A stretch of 64,000 nucleotides of DNA from the human T2T-CHM13v2.0 reference genome, Homo sapiens. Location: NCBI RefSeq assembly GCF_009914755.1, contig NC_060929.1; one strand, written 5' to 3'. Below the pieces are notes generated by a model. The model did not search any database and was not told the origin of the DNA. It saw nothing but the letters and a program-made list of their open reading frames with translations. The position numbers and the translations under genes are program-made. Positions 43,386 to 58,394 of the stretch are shown here, piece by piece (the stretch's first letter is position 1; every line of letters begins with the position of its first letter).

Positions 43386-44375
43386 ACAACCCTAAACTGG
43401 ATATCCACATATGGAAGAATGAAACTAGACTTTTACATAGAAAAATCAACTAAAAATGGACTCAAGACTTAAATGTAAGACCTAAACTATAAAAATTCTA
43501 GGAGAAAACAGGGGAAAAGCTATACGACACTGGTCTGGGCAATAATGTTTTTGGATTTGACTCCAAAAGCTCATGCAACAAAATAAAAGATAGACAAATG
43601 GGATTGCATCAAACTAAAAAGCTTCTGCACAGAAAAAAAATAATGGAATGAAGAGACAACCTACAGATTGGGAGAAAATATTATTAGTAACCAAAAATAT
43701 AATTATGGGTTGATATCAAAAATATATAAAGAATTCAAACAATTCAACAGCAAGAAAACAAATAACCTGATTAAAAAATGGACAAAGGATATGAATAGAC
43801 ATTACTTAAAAGAAGAAATACAAATGGCTAGCACATATATGAAGAAAGGTTCAATATCACTAAGCAATGCAAATTCAAACCACAATAAGTTATCACCTCA
43901 CACCTATCAGAACAGTAATTATCAAAAAGATAAAAACCAGTGTTGGTGAGGATGCAGAGAAAGAGAAACCCTTGTACTTTATTAGCGGGAATGTATATTA
44001 GTACAGCCACTACTGTACTGATTAGAAAAACTGTATATAGGTTCTACAAAAAGCTAAATATAGAATTACTATATGATCCAGTAATCCCACTTCTGGGTAT
44101 ATATCCAGAGGATCTGGTATCAGTATGTCACAGAACCATTTATAACTCTCATGTTCATTCCAGCATTATTCACAATAGTTAATGTATAGAAGCAATCTAA
44201 GTGTCCATCAATGGATAAATGAATAAATAAAATACGGTATATATACACAAAGGAATACTACTCAGCCACAGAAAGGAAGGGAATCCTGTCCTTTACAACA
44301 ACATGGATGAACCTGGAGGACATTATGCTAAGTGAAATGAGCCACTTACATATGTACACATACCACATGATCTCA

Positions 44376-44788
<413 letters not shown>

Positions 44789-45032
44789 TTATGAGAGACT
44801 GAAGGTAAGAGGAATGGGGAGATGTTGGTGGAAGGGTGCAAAGTTTCACTTGAGAAGAACAGATTTTTTGAGATTTATTATGCAACAAGGTGACTACAGT
44901 TAATAATAATGTATTTTATATTTCAAAATTGCTAAGAGTAAATTTTCAAATGTTCCCACCAAAGATAAGATAATTATTTGAAGAGATGAAATGTTAATCA
45001 GCTTGATTTAATCAGTTCACATTGTATGCATT

Positions 45033-45258
45033 CAGGTTGAGAACCCCTTATCCAAAAATGCTTAGGACCAGAAGTGTTTTCGGATTTTAGATGTTTTCGG
45101 ATTTGGGAATATTGGCAGAATACATACCAGTTAAGCATCTCTAATTTAAAAATTCAAAATTGGAAATGCTCATTGGAGCATCATGTTGGCACTCAAAAAA
45201 TTACGGATTCGGCAGCATTTCAGGATTTTGGACTTCTGGATTAGGGACCCTCAACCTG
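45033..45258. mobile_element. Tigger4a/MER46A TcMar-Tigger MITE
   Basis: TIRs caggttgag...ctcaacctg followed by TA; internal gaccagaagtgttttcggatttt. Confidence 0.87.
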
Positions 45259-45334
45259 TATATCATAACATCACTTTGTGTCCCATGAATGTCTATGATT
45301 ATAACTTACTAGTTTACCATTAAAGAAACATAAT

Positions 45335-45636
45335 CCTTATGCTAAGTGAAAAAAGTCAGACACAAAGGTCATATGTTCTATGATTCCATTTATACCAAAT
45401 ACCCAGAATAGGAAAATCCATAGACAGAGAGCAGATTGATGGTTGCCAGGGGCTGGAGAAGGGGGATGGAGAGTGATTGCTAATGGGAACAGTGTTTGCC
45501 TTTGGGGTGATGAAAATGTTTTAAAACTTGATACAGGTGGTGATTGTACAACATTATGAATATACTAAATGCCACTAAAATGGTAGACTTTAAAGTGGTC
45601 AATTTTATGTTATGTGGATATCTCAATTAAAAAGAA
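45335..45636 (+). mobile_element. L1MB-type 3' end
   Basis: tatgctaagtgaaaaaagtcagacacaaagg...ggttgccaggggctgg...tttggggtgatgaaaatgtt...tctcaattaaaaa. Confidence 0.8.
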
Positions 45637-45644
45637 ATTTGCAA

Positions 45645-45842
45645 TCTCACTAATTACCCTTTACTCAGCTCCATTTTGTGATTCATTTGTTTAGTTTGCT
45701 TCTTGAACATCTCCTTCTCTTGAATGTAAACTCCACAAGGGCAGGGCTTTCTGTCTGTTTTGCTTATTGATTTAATCTCTGGGCCTAGAACAGGCCTGGA
45801 ACAAAGCAGGCCATGAGTTTTGTTGAATAGACAGGTGAATGT
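45645..45842 (+). mobile_element. L2 3' end, right part of the split element
   Basis: gaatgtaaactccacaagggcagggc...gcctagaacaggcctgg...tttgttgaat. Confidence 0.75.
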
Positions 45843-46288
45843 ATTACCTCTTTTGTGCCTTATTAATAAAAGATCCTCTGTATTTCTTGAATACCAAATT
45901 AAAGAGAGATAATTTCTTAAAAGAATAGGATTAAAGGGCTAGTGGTCTCATCCAAAATAAATTTAAAATAGAGAGGGGAAGAAAAGTAATCCTATCAGAA
46001 TTCCTCAGTTCACTGCATGGGAAACAAACAAACAGCCTGTCAGAGATTCAGAGGATTGAGACAACGGTATCCTGTGCCGAGCATTGAGGTTCTTTTTAAT
46101 TTGCAAGGATTAGAAATGTCAACGAGCATCACATTTTCCTCTAAATTCTAAAAGATGACTCAGTGCAGTGGATTTAAATCAGAAGGACAGCAGAAAAAAT
46201 GAGGCTGCTAATAAATGCACGGCTTCTGTGTAAGCATAGGCTATGCATACGGGTTCAACCACACCTACCCCTAGAGAAAATATTTTCA

Positions 46289-46510
<222 letters not shown>

Positions 46511-47511
46511 ACAGGAAGAAACCCTGCATGCAAATAGTACATTTGCGTTTTCAGGCGGCTGCTTACAGGAGCCAAAAAGGTTGAATTACCAAGACCTAGT
46601 TGTAGAATGGGTTGAATACGTTAGACATGCATTTAAACTTTTTAACTGTATTTTTTGCCTTCAACTTGGGGACAAAGATTTCAGGGTTAATCAGTGAACC
46701 ACATTAGGTTTCTTTTGTGACACTGTTTTCAGTACTTGAAGTTGAAAGCCATTTGCGTGATGCGTATACTTGATGCTTCAAGATACAGAGGTTTGGGACA
46801 AGCGGATGTGGCCAGTGGCATTAAAGAGAAATAAAACAAGAACCCTGAAAAAGTAGAAAATGAGAATGGGTTGTGTGGGAGTGATTTCTCAAGACAGCTT
46901 TGAATTTGGAGATGGGGCACACAGGTGAGTTGCTGAACGTGCTGTCAATAAGTCGTTTGCTGAACAATAAAGAGTCAACTAGTCAGAAATAGGCAGGGGT
47001 GGATAAATGTAAATATGACATTGAAAAGCAAGAGTGCACATGGTAAAATGTTTTTTAAAAAACATTAAGGTTAAACTGTATAATGTTCAGGGCCATAATT
47101 CAATGTCTTCTTTATAAAGTAGGACATGAAATTTGTTTTGGGTTGGTGGTCGTCAGCCTTAATGGAACACAGGTAATGCGTCATATTAAAATGTCCTTGC
47201 AATATCAGGATGATAAAGCATTCCCATTCACTTAACAGAATGCAGGCCCACGTTTTCAGACATTTGTATGTATGATGTATACTCTTCTACAGTGTCCTGG
47301 AGAAGAGAGTACAATATAAAAATTCACAAATGTAAGGGTTTTACCTGTTGCAATTTCATTTTGATTTAAGAAAATTACATTCACGCAATGAGGCTGTGGA
47401 TTCTGTGGTAGGGTCCTCCTGGGGACCAGTCCTTTCCCACCCAGTCCCCCCACCAGGCCACCTCCACCCCCCTTCCCCCATGGGGGCAGGCACCCCAGAG
47501 CTGGCTCTCAC

Positions 47512-47586
47512 CTGTGGCAGGCAGGGAGCCCCCTCTGGCAGTGAACGTAGGGCATATGCCATGCCTGCCACATCCTCAGCCCAGCC
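47512..47586 (-). CDS. CTNND2: CTNND2 alternative cassette exon, 75 nt, phase 0-0, 25-aa insert in the ARM domain
   Basis: Acceptor tttttttgatttcatatttcatgcag|GGC, donor CAG|gtgaga. Encodes GWAEDVAGMAYALRSLPEGAPCLPQ with no stop, in frame with both flanking exons. Matches the 25-aa insert I recall between ...AAGSWK and WSVYIRAA... in rodent delta-catenin. Confidence 0.85.
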
Positions 47587-50500
47587 CTGCATGAAATATG
47601 AAATCAAAAAAACAACTTCATCCTGTCCTACATTAGAAATCACATTCACACAGTTTCTTATCACCATCAACCCACACTGTATGCTTTTGTCTCACCTCTA
47701 CTTTGTATCTCAAGCTCTAGGAAGCCTTGAGGGGGTAGGGAGCAGGTAAAGCTCACTAAAGCATCTCTTGGCTGCAGTGAACTATTTGACAGCTCCACTT
47801 TCAGGGAGCAAAGAAGTGGAAGGTTAGGAAGTGTCAGACATGACAAAACATTGAGGTTTGCAAACTGCTTCTTGGGATGTGGGAATCCGGAACTGATATC
47901 CCCTCCCAGGGAGGAAGCCCTTTCTCCTGGTACAATGCCAATTTCCATCGATGCATTTAACCGACATGCTGAAACATGACTTCCTGTGGACACATCTGCC
48001 TCCCCTACTCCTTGTGCCCTGCTGAGTCTCCAGTCCCCAGCTTGGAAAAGCCTGGAAATCTGAGCTTATGCAGCCCACTTAATCCTGGGATCTTCCCTAA
48101 AACTAAGGAGAGAAGCTAGAAAAAGGAAGAGAATGCAAATCAGGGTGTGGGGTCAACAATGACATATTGCAAAAGGAACATCAACAATAACTTGCAACAT
48201 CGGGGAGATATTCTTGACCTTCTGGGAGATGGCAGGGGTACTCCTGGCAACTTAGGCAGGCTGATGCAAGTGCCCTCAGCCTGGTGGGGAAGAGATGAAC
48301 TGGGGAAGATGAGTTCATCTCTTCCACCATACCACTTCTTTGCAGGCCCCATGCGACTGGCTTATATATTTGAGATCTCTTCTAATTCTTGAAACTCCAG
48401 GGAGGTCAGCATTTTTATTTTATACAGGGGGAAATTTAGGCACAAAGATATTCAATAACCTGCCCACAGGAGACACCTGTGCCCTTGACTCTGGGTCCTG
48501 TTACTTCATATCTGTCTTTTTTTATGCTGCTGACATTATACCCCCTCTACCATCATCTCATCCCCTCTCCTTTAATCCTCCATGCTCAGTCTCCCAGATA
48601 TGACCTAGCCTTTCCCTCCATCCTTCCAGACACAGACAGAGGAGAACCTGGCCACATCTGAAATGAGCCAAGAATAAATGGACATAACTTTGTCCTTAGA
48701 AGTCCAGGTACTAGCCACACCCCCCAATGCTGGATGAAAAGGTGATTTGGTATTTGGAGAATAATGGGAATCCTTCAGCTTTGCTGGGAATTGATTTGAG
48801 AGCAACAATAACAAAAAAGGCTACTTAGGACCAAAAATGTGGATGATATAGAAACACATTTTTGATACGAGAAACTGGTGAGCAGTGATGTGTTTTCCCT
48901 AAGAAAGAAAGGATAACCAGACAATAGATTTGATATTTTTATTATTGAGACATAGAAAATAGCTTTCATTTTGAAAGGTTAGTTATGTGTATGTTTGTGT
49001 GTATATAGAAGATTTCCAATGTTATCACAGTAAATGAGACCAATTTGTCCAGATTTAGTAGGTCCAATACAAGAAGTCATGTCTAATTGGAATTTCTCGC
49101 TTGTGTCAGGAAAGGATCCCTTCCTGCAGGTGATGGGACAAAGCTTTTGCACTCCTCTTCCTGGGGAGAGGCTCAGGCCATTATTTGACCCAAAGAAGTG
49201 TTGTCAGCATGGGACAGAGAAGCAGCAAACATGTATTGTCTAAGGCTAGAGGGCACAGATCCAGGTAAAAGATGGAATATATTTGAAAGAGAATTGGAAC
49301 AGGGAGAAAATAATTTGCCCTCTCCCTAGTCAATACAGAGCCTCCATGCTGGGGAAAGAAAGGATGCAGTTTGGAGAGGAAGCAAGAGATGCGGCAGCAC
49401 TGTGGGGGCTGCCAGCTGATCCCTGGAGTCCTCCTGGACAAGCCCCCCTCCATGGATAAGGGGGACTGAGGATGACATCCCCCTTGAAGATGGGAGAATG
49501 GAAACTCCACAGTTTGGCTGCTCTTCTAGGATGACTGCAGTGGCTGAGCAAGACTCAGTGAAGTCTCCTGTACCATCCCAGAATGGCAGCCACAGGGCAG
49601 GAACAGTGACATGGCTTGCTGGGCTGGGGAGGGCTGGGAGGATTCGTGTAGCCCCAGTGTGGCAAGGGGTAGCTGCTGAGGGTGTTCTTGAATGGGTGGG
49701 GTGTGTAGGTTAGCTGAGGAGGAGAAACGAAGGACCCAGGGCTGCAGAGGGGTTACTTGGCCAGAAGGGAGGAGACACATCAGTGGAGCACATGGTGGGA
49801 GCAGACGGTGCCTCTCTGGATTAAGGAGAGGAGGTGGTTGGATTTCAGGGGAGCTCAAAAGGGATGGAGGCAGGTGTGGGCCAAGACAGGACCCTGGACC
49901 GGAGATGGTCCAATCACCAATCACCACGTCCATGTGTGTCCTGGAGAAGAGGCTGCATAGAACAGAGTTGATTCTACACTGAGAAATGGACACCACACCC
50001 CCATCCTCTGTGCGGGACTATACCTGTAAGACCCCCAAGTTTAGCACCAACTGCAGGGGCAGGAGAGGATGAAGGTGAGGAACGTAAAATGTGGCCACGC
50101 TTGCAGACTGACGGGACTGGGAAACAGCTGAATTTGACTGGGTTTGCCTAGAAATGTTGAGATTCACATTTCTTTCCTTTCTATTTGTTGGCATCAGGCA
50201 AATGAGGGCTCAGAGATGAACCTGAAGTAAATTAACAAAGATACTTGCACACAAGTTTGTGTCCCATGAAATTCCTAGTTGTATGTATTGAGAATTTGGT
50301 AACAAGGAGAAGTCAGTATCTTTTAACCCTTTAAGGCCAGACTGTCTCATTCTAATGTGGATTTCCAGGGATTTGACTTTTACAAATCCCAGCCCAGCTA
50401 TAAATACAACTGATGGTCATAATTTTTCCAAAAAGTTCCCCCTTGCTGAAACTGAGGTGATTCTGTGAAGGCCTATTTGTTCCTGAAAGGAGATTAATAC

Positions 50501-52699
50501 TATAATTTAACTAGCTTTTCCTCATTGAAATCCTAATAATTTGCTAAATTACAATGACAGTGTTTTCCTTTAAGTACTAAATATTCTCTTCTGAGGCTGA
50601 ATCCATTATAGTGCTAAAATTCTGAATTTGTTGAATAATTCTCTATATTCTAAAAGTACTCTTGTGTTAGAAGTATAGTCTGCAATTAAATGATTTTCAG
50701 TTAAATAATCATTTGTGCATTAATTTTCTTTATCAAATTAGCCATATCCTCAGTTTTTCTTTTAACAAGGTAAAGTCAAATTTTAAAACCAAACTCTTCC
50801 AATGAAAAATACATACAATGAATTTGGTACAAATGGCATGTGATTCCTAAATTTGTTTCTGAATTTATTTACAATACCAGGGTGTCTCATTCCCATGACA
50901 AGAGGGTAGGAAACACCTCCTGCACTGAAAAGCTTATTTGGTTAGTCTTATTTTTACCAGTAGTTTATTATAAAAACAATGCATAAAATATTAGGAAACG
51001 GCATGGCTTTTGCTGTATGCCCCAGATTATTCTGTCTAGAATGGATTATTATTTGAATTACCAGATTCTCCCAGCTGGAAAGGAACTGTGCTTGGTTCCT
51101 GCTCTAGGATTTATGAAATAATGGGGTGGTATTAGCACAAGGTCCTTCAAATGATGGGGTTACTCTGCAATGGATATAGAAGTCAGGTGTTGGCTCTTCA
51201 CATCCAGAGTTATGTTATGGATTTACATAACTTTGTTTTCAAAATTTCTAAATCTATTTTGAAAACTGGTATCTCTAGTCAAGATGACTAGTGAAGAATT
51301 CCATTCTGTTAGTAAAGAAATAAATCAATTTAATAAGCACAAATTTTGGTTAAGGCAATGGCAACTATTGCATGTTTAGTGTTTTTTGTTGCTGTTGTTT
51401 CTTTGTCTGAATTTTAAAAATCTAAGTCAAGTTAGGGCAAAGACTGAATTTTAGCCCATATGTTTATGCAATGCTCAAAATATTAATGTACAGGCAAGAT
51501 AATTTCCTGGGGGGAAAACATTTAGATGTGTTTTTGTAGTAAGAACAAACAAAGAAGGTCAAGCTCAAGTAAAAGTGACCCAGAGGAAGCATTCACTGAA
51601 GAGATTGGAAGAAGCATACTCATTCCCCAACTCTCAAGCTATCTCAAGGATTAGTAATTTTCAATTAAAAAATTTCTTTAAAAAAGGAAACTTTCTGAAC
51701 ATGAAAAGGTTTTTTGTTTGTTTTTACTGTGGATGTAATCAAATATTAGAGATGTCATCCTTGTGTGCAACTGGTATCTAGAAATGCCTTCTGGGGAACT
51801 AAATACAACCCTGTTAAATGATAGACAGTGCATGGTATGAGACTCAGGCTGCCTCAGATCTTATTCTGAGACCCCTGTGTGTTCCTTAGTAACAGTGATG
51901 CATGAATACACCATTGAGAAGGGGAAACTGACCACAGTGGAGGTCCAAAATGAAACTGCTCACACTACTACCCTCTAAACAAGAGTGGTGGTTGAGAGGT
52001 GCAGGCTCTGAGCCACTACATTCACAGACATGGAAGATTTGGTGATATTTTTATCCAATTTAGGAAAATAAAATTAATTCAGTTGTTTCTTGTTCTAAGT
52101 TAATAGGCACTAAGTCAGAAAACTTTTCATCTACATATTTTTTTTTCTCTTTAAACATAGTGCCTCATGGGTGGAAGTGATCTGGACTTCATGTTTTTCT
52201 TTTGGAACCAGAAAACATGCCATTTTTGGAATATTAAGCAATTTCTTTCTTTTGGATATGGGGAGGGAGAAATCTGAAATGTATCTTTAGGGCACAGTTT
52301 GGAGGGGCCCTATTGATAAGCCCTTTCAGTCTTGCAACTATAAGGCAAAGTTTTTGCTGAAGTCTTAGGTAGTAAGTTAACTACAGTGCAATTATATTTT
52401 ACTAAGATAGTGTGTTTTATTTTCTAATAGTCTAGTATAAATCTAATATATTAGCAAATTCTTCAGAAGACAGAATCTTATTTTTCTTGGATCTGGATTT
52501 AGATGACCTTACTGCAAATTATTATTGATTGCTGGTAGGGGATGAGTTTATGAAGACATCTGTGTACTAGAGGCTAGGAGCTGAGCCCAGCCTATGAGAA
52601 GGGACATAGAGCTGTGATCTTGACTTTCATAAGAGAACATATGTTGTTATGAACTTGTGTTTTTGCTGCTGTTGTTTTTGCTTCCTGCTGGTGGATAGT

Positions 52700-52898
52700 G
52701 ATGACAACAGCAGTCCTCTAAGTCACACATTGAAGATGGCAGAACAGCTATCAGCCTGGGTGAATTAATTCGTGGAGGGGAACTTCTGCCTTAACCTGCT
52801 CTTAACTGTGACATCAGGAGAAAATAACTTATCTCGCTTGGGTATTTGCCTATGTGGGGGTCTCTTTGTTATAGCAGTTAGCACTCTCCTAAATACTA
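52700..52898 (+). mobile_element. MLT1J/K-like old MaLR LTR fragment
   Basis: gaagatggcagaacagctatcagcctgggt...gggtctctttgttatagcagttagc. Confidence 0.55.
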
Positions 52899-53358
52899 TG
52901 CTAGTGTACTAAAATAAACTCTCAATCATGGAACCCTAGCCCTAAGGCTTTAACAAGCAATGCTGGAAGTGTGCTTCCTCACCTCCTCCACTTCATTGCA
53001 AAAACAACCTCATGGATGGCCCTGTGCCGGCACATACTGCTATAGCAGCATCTGTAATGGATTTTGTAGACACTTTGTTTACATGTTTACCATATTGTAA
53101 GGGAAGAGACCGAGTCATATTCATCTATTTATCTCAATTGTCTTGTCTTTTTTGGCCCACAGTTGGAGATTTTAAACTGTTTAATTGATGAAAAAAGATG
53201 TCAGGTTGATTTACAGCATCAAGTCTGATGATTTAACAACAGCATTCTGCACAGAGGGGAACTATGCAAAAAGGATCAAAGCCACTGAAATTACTAACAG
53301 GGCCAAAAAATTCTAACCACTTCCACAAAACGACTGCTAGGGTTTAAAATGGTTACAC

Positions 53359-53854
<496 letters not shown>

Positions 53855-54015
53855 TCAATTTCATCTAAGTTTTTGTGTTAGAATTCCTCTGTGAAGTTGA
53901 CTGCTCAGGTGACAGGTTAGCCCATGTCTTAAACTGGGCTGAAAATGGGTTTCATGTACAGGTAGTTTTACAAGTGCTCTCAGTGCAATTGGTGGACTAG
54001 GACTTCCCATTAGGG

Positions 54016-54350
54016 CAGAAGGCCCCAACCCCCGGGCCGCAGACCAGTATTGTGGCCTGTTAGGAACTGGGCCGTACAGCAGGAGTTGAGTGGTAGGTGA
54101 GTGAGCATTACCGCCTGAGTTCTGCCTCCTGTCAGATCGGCAGCAGCATTTGATTCTCATAGGAGCACAAACCCTATTGTGAACTGTGCATGTGAGGGAT
54201 CTAGGTTGCATGCTCCTCATGAGACTTTAATTCCTGATGATCTGAGGTGGAACAGTTTCATTCCAAAACTATTCCTCGCCCCATTGGATCCACGGAAAAA
54301 TTGTCTTCCACGAAACTGGTTCCTGGTGCCAAAAATGTTGGGGACCACTG
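54016..54350 (+). mobile_element. MER1B hAT-Charlie fossil, second copy
   Basis: ccccaacccccgggccgc...ggcctgttaggaac...gttggggaccactg. TSD cattaggg/ctttaggg. Confidence 0.9.
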
Positions 54351-54439
54351 CTTTAGGGATAGGCTGTGTCTGCTAGACACCAAACTAAAAGTCAATTTAA
54401 TATATGATTGAGCCCAGTAAGTTCAGCCTTTTTTTTCTT

Positions 54440-55925
54440 TTTTTTTTAGTGCTTTATAGATGCTGCCTCCCTGTCTTCTCACTGGCGTTGTTGCTGATAA
54501 GAAATCTGCGGTCTTCCTTATCTTGTATGGAACATGTCTTTTCTTCCTCTGGATGCTTTGAAGATTTTCTTTTTATTGCTGACTTTGAGCAGTTTGATTT
54601 TGATGCACCTTGGTTTTATTTCTTCATGTTCCTTGTGCTTGAGGCTGTTTAAGCTGCTTTGATCTGTGAGTGTATGAGTTTCATTAAATTTGGGAAATTT
54701 TCAGTCATTATTTTTTCAAAAATTTTTTCCTATTCTCTTCCTCCTTTCTCTGTCCTCTCATTAGGGTACTCTGTCTACATATAGCGGGTGCCACTTGACA
54801 CCCACAGATGATCTGTACCTTTCTTTTTTCTTTCTGTGTTTCATGCTGGATAGCTTCTATTGTCTTCAAGTTCACTGATCTTTTCCTCTGCAATGTCTAA
54901 ACTGCTGTTAATCACACCCCATGTATTTTTCATTTCAGACACTGCATTTCAGACTCTAGAGGTTTTATTTGAGTCTTTTATACATTTTCCATGTGTAACT
55001 TTTAAAATGTTTTGAACACATGGAATACTGTTATAATAATTGCTTATTTGATAATTTTAACATCTGTCAGTTCTTAGTTTTCATTTATTTATTTTTCTCC
55101 TTATTATGGATTGCATTTTCTATTTACTTGCAGGATAGTTTTTAGTTGTATGCCAGACATTCTCAATTTTAATTTGTTGGGTGCTGAATATTTTTGTATT
55201 CCTACGGGTATCTTAAAGCTTTGTTCTAGGATGCAGTTAATTTACTTGGAAACTGTTGATCCTTTTGGGTCTAATTTAAGATTTGATAGGAAAGACTAGA
55301 GCATGGTTAGTCCAGGGCTAATTATTCCTCTGTACTGAGGCAAGACCCTACTGACTATTCTCCCCAGTGGCCCATGGATTATGAGATTTTCTTCTCTGGC
55401 TCTTGAGAACATGCACTATATGCACCCCCACATGAGTGTCCGATTTCATTCTCCCTAATAATTTCAGGTGTTTCTTTCCCAGCCTTGGGTATTTGCCTCA
55501 GACACATGTGCTGAGAGTTCTCTGTTGAATATTTAAGGGGAGTCCTCTGCACATCTCTAGGGTTCTATGTGTGGCTCTCTCCTCTTTGATATTTTGTCCT
55601 ATGAACTCTGATCACTTTGATATCTCCCGATTCCCCGATCCATCTCCTGAACACAGTGAGTCTACCGAGATCCCCCTGGTCCCTCAATCTTCATACCATG
55701 GCTTGGAAACTCTCTCTCAAGGTGGTGAGCTGAGACAATCAGAGGACTCACCTTCTTTTGTTTCCTGTCTTTCAGAGATCATTGTCCTTTGCTGACTAAT
55801 GTCTAGTGTCTTACTAAAAAACCCCAATGTTTCACATATGTCTTTTCTTTGTTGCTGTTGTTTTTCCTTGAAGAAAGGTAAATTTGAACCTTGTCATTCC
55901 ATCTTGGCATCTTGGCTGGAAGTGG
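54440..55925 (-). mobile_element. Ancient L1M (L1MC/ME-like) 5'/ORF1 fragment
   Basis: T-rich; tttcattaaatttgggaaattttcagtcattatt, tcttcaagttcactgatc; ends tcattccatcttggc...gaagtggaa. Confidence 0.72.
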
Positions 55926-58027
55926 AAATCCCTCTGGTTCAGCTGTTTCTACAACTTTAAAGTTCTGTAATTTAGAACTTTAGAAATCAGATCATCCAAT
56001 GACAGTACTAAAATTAATGCAAAACTATTAAAAATGGGTTTTCTCCATTTATCGATTTGGATGCATGTGGCATTTGCAACACAGATGTGGTCTTTGCTAT
56101 CCGTGCTGCTTCCCGGGTCTTGCAGGGAAGAAATCACTGAGTCCTGTGATTAGGACCAATGACCTGGTTGTGGCCATGCTCCTCCCATCTCCTGCTCCAC
56201 AGAGTGGGTCTGTTCTTGTCCTGCAACAGACTGGTCATTGCCTGTGTCTGAGTGTACCATCTCCAGGACACTGCTGACTAGACAGGGTGCTCTGATCACC
56301 TCTGTGTTTATACTGGCCTAGTTTCTAATTGATGAGGCACGATGCTTCGCGTTGTATTTTCATCACAGTCTTTCAAAACTCTGTTTCTTTACATTTAAAT
56401 CTAAAGCTTGGCATCACACCATTAACTAGAACAAAGACAAGTCACTTTGTCTTAGACAATAAACCATGATTCTTAACTTGCGTTTGATAGACTCCACTAA
56501 TCTGCCCTGGTTCACTTTTACATGATACACTACCTACTAAGCTATGCTAAAGTCAGTCTTTCTCAAGGCTGTTATCTCTCTCTCTAAGGACAAGTCTCTA
56601 ATTTCCCAGTTCTCTTGCATTTTTTATTCATTTGGGGCACACGGCCAGAGATTCTGTTTCCTTCTTCACTAAGTCCATGTTGCTATTACGTTAGCTCATT
56701 AAATATTAATAGATTAACATCCAAGTCTCTCTTTGTTCTGTCTTATTTTTAAAATAAATGGCAAATAACAGATGCTTTGAAAAGAGTCACACTTTAGGAG
56801 GAAAACTGAGTGTACAAAGATTTTAAAATGTTTGACTTCATAGCAAGTACAGATATATTTCTACAGTTCAAATCCTGGGTTTTCAGAAAGCTCAAGTACA
56901 ATAGAAATAATCCATAAACGGGAGTTAAAAGAACATTCGTTCACATTTTGGAAATCTTCAAAGCACTATACCCAATTGTTTTAATAGTCTGCAACAAACA
57001 AAATCACTGTACTATAAATGAGAAAAAGGTAACTGAAGTCCATGTTGGCAATGAAAAACATTTATCACTTTGCTTCTGCCATAATAACATTATGTTTTTC
57101 TGATGCTCATAAACCAAGTAATGAGTGTTTTAAAGTTTAAAAAGTGTTTAGGGCCATTATGAATATCTAGTTTGCTAGTCAATTTGTCACAGAAAAAGAG
57201 TGTGCATGATCTTCCTATAAAGAGAATTTATTGTTTTAGATGATGAGGTCTATAAAAAGCTGTCTCCATGCAAAATTATAGTATTTTACCTCTACATTTC
57301 TGTTTTTGTTGGGTCATAAAAAGTTAAGAACACTAAAGAAATACCACTAAATTTTAACAGTTGCTATAAAAATGCATTCTTTGAATTCTAGATTTCAGAT
57401 GGTAACACTATATGCTGTTGTGTATCCTAACTCAATCTTTTAATAATTCAATACTTTTTTCTGAAATCATCTTTTTAAAAGTAAGGATTTATCTGTTTGG
57501 TTTCTGGACAACTCATCCTTTGTCTTCTTGAAATTATAATAATTCATCATTGCTTGGCTTCATGATAATCTTCTGAAATCTTCCCTAAGAATTGTCCACT
57601 TGCTCTTCCCATGAAACATGGCAAAATAGTATATTATACAAAAGATGATGATAATGTGACTGATCCCTATATGTGTACTTGTATTTTGATAAGAAATGTT
57701 TATATATGTATGTACATATTTATAATTACTCCCAAATATTACTTATCAGCCTCTCGTCATGCCTGAGAACTATCCCATTATCTAGAATTATTAGGGAAGC
57801 AGCGCTTCTCATAAGCAAGACTGACATCCTAAGAGGCAAAATCCTACTTTAACCATTGGGATGGAAATCTTTTGCAAATGCTTTCTGTCTTCTAAAATTA
57901 CTAGTAATAACATTTTCTTGATGACAGAGGGCCAACTTTATGACTCGCAGAGTAGATGGAACAGCCATGACATTAAATGGTCTCTGACAGTTTTTCTTTC
58001 TTGCATTCTTATATTCAGTTTTCCTAA

Positions 58028-58394
<367 letters not shown>

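Noticed and set aside
43668-44182. L1 ORF2-like peptides
   Set aside because: Frameshifted, truncated fossil L1MA.
49480-50200. GC-richer block with several overlapping ORFs, possibly an old LTR
   Set aside because: I could not assign a family or termini by eye, and the ORFs have no recognisable product.
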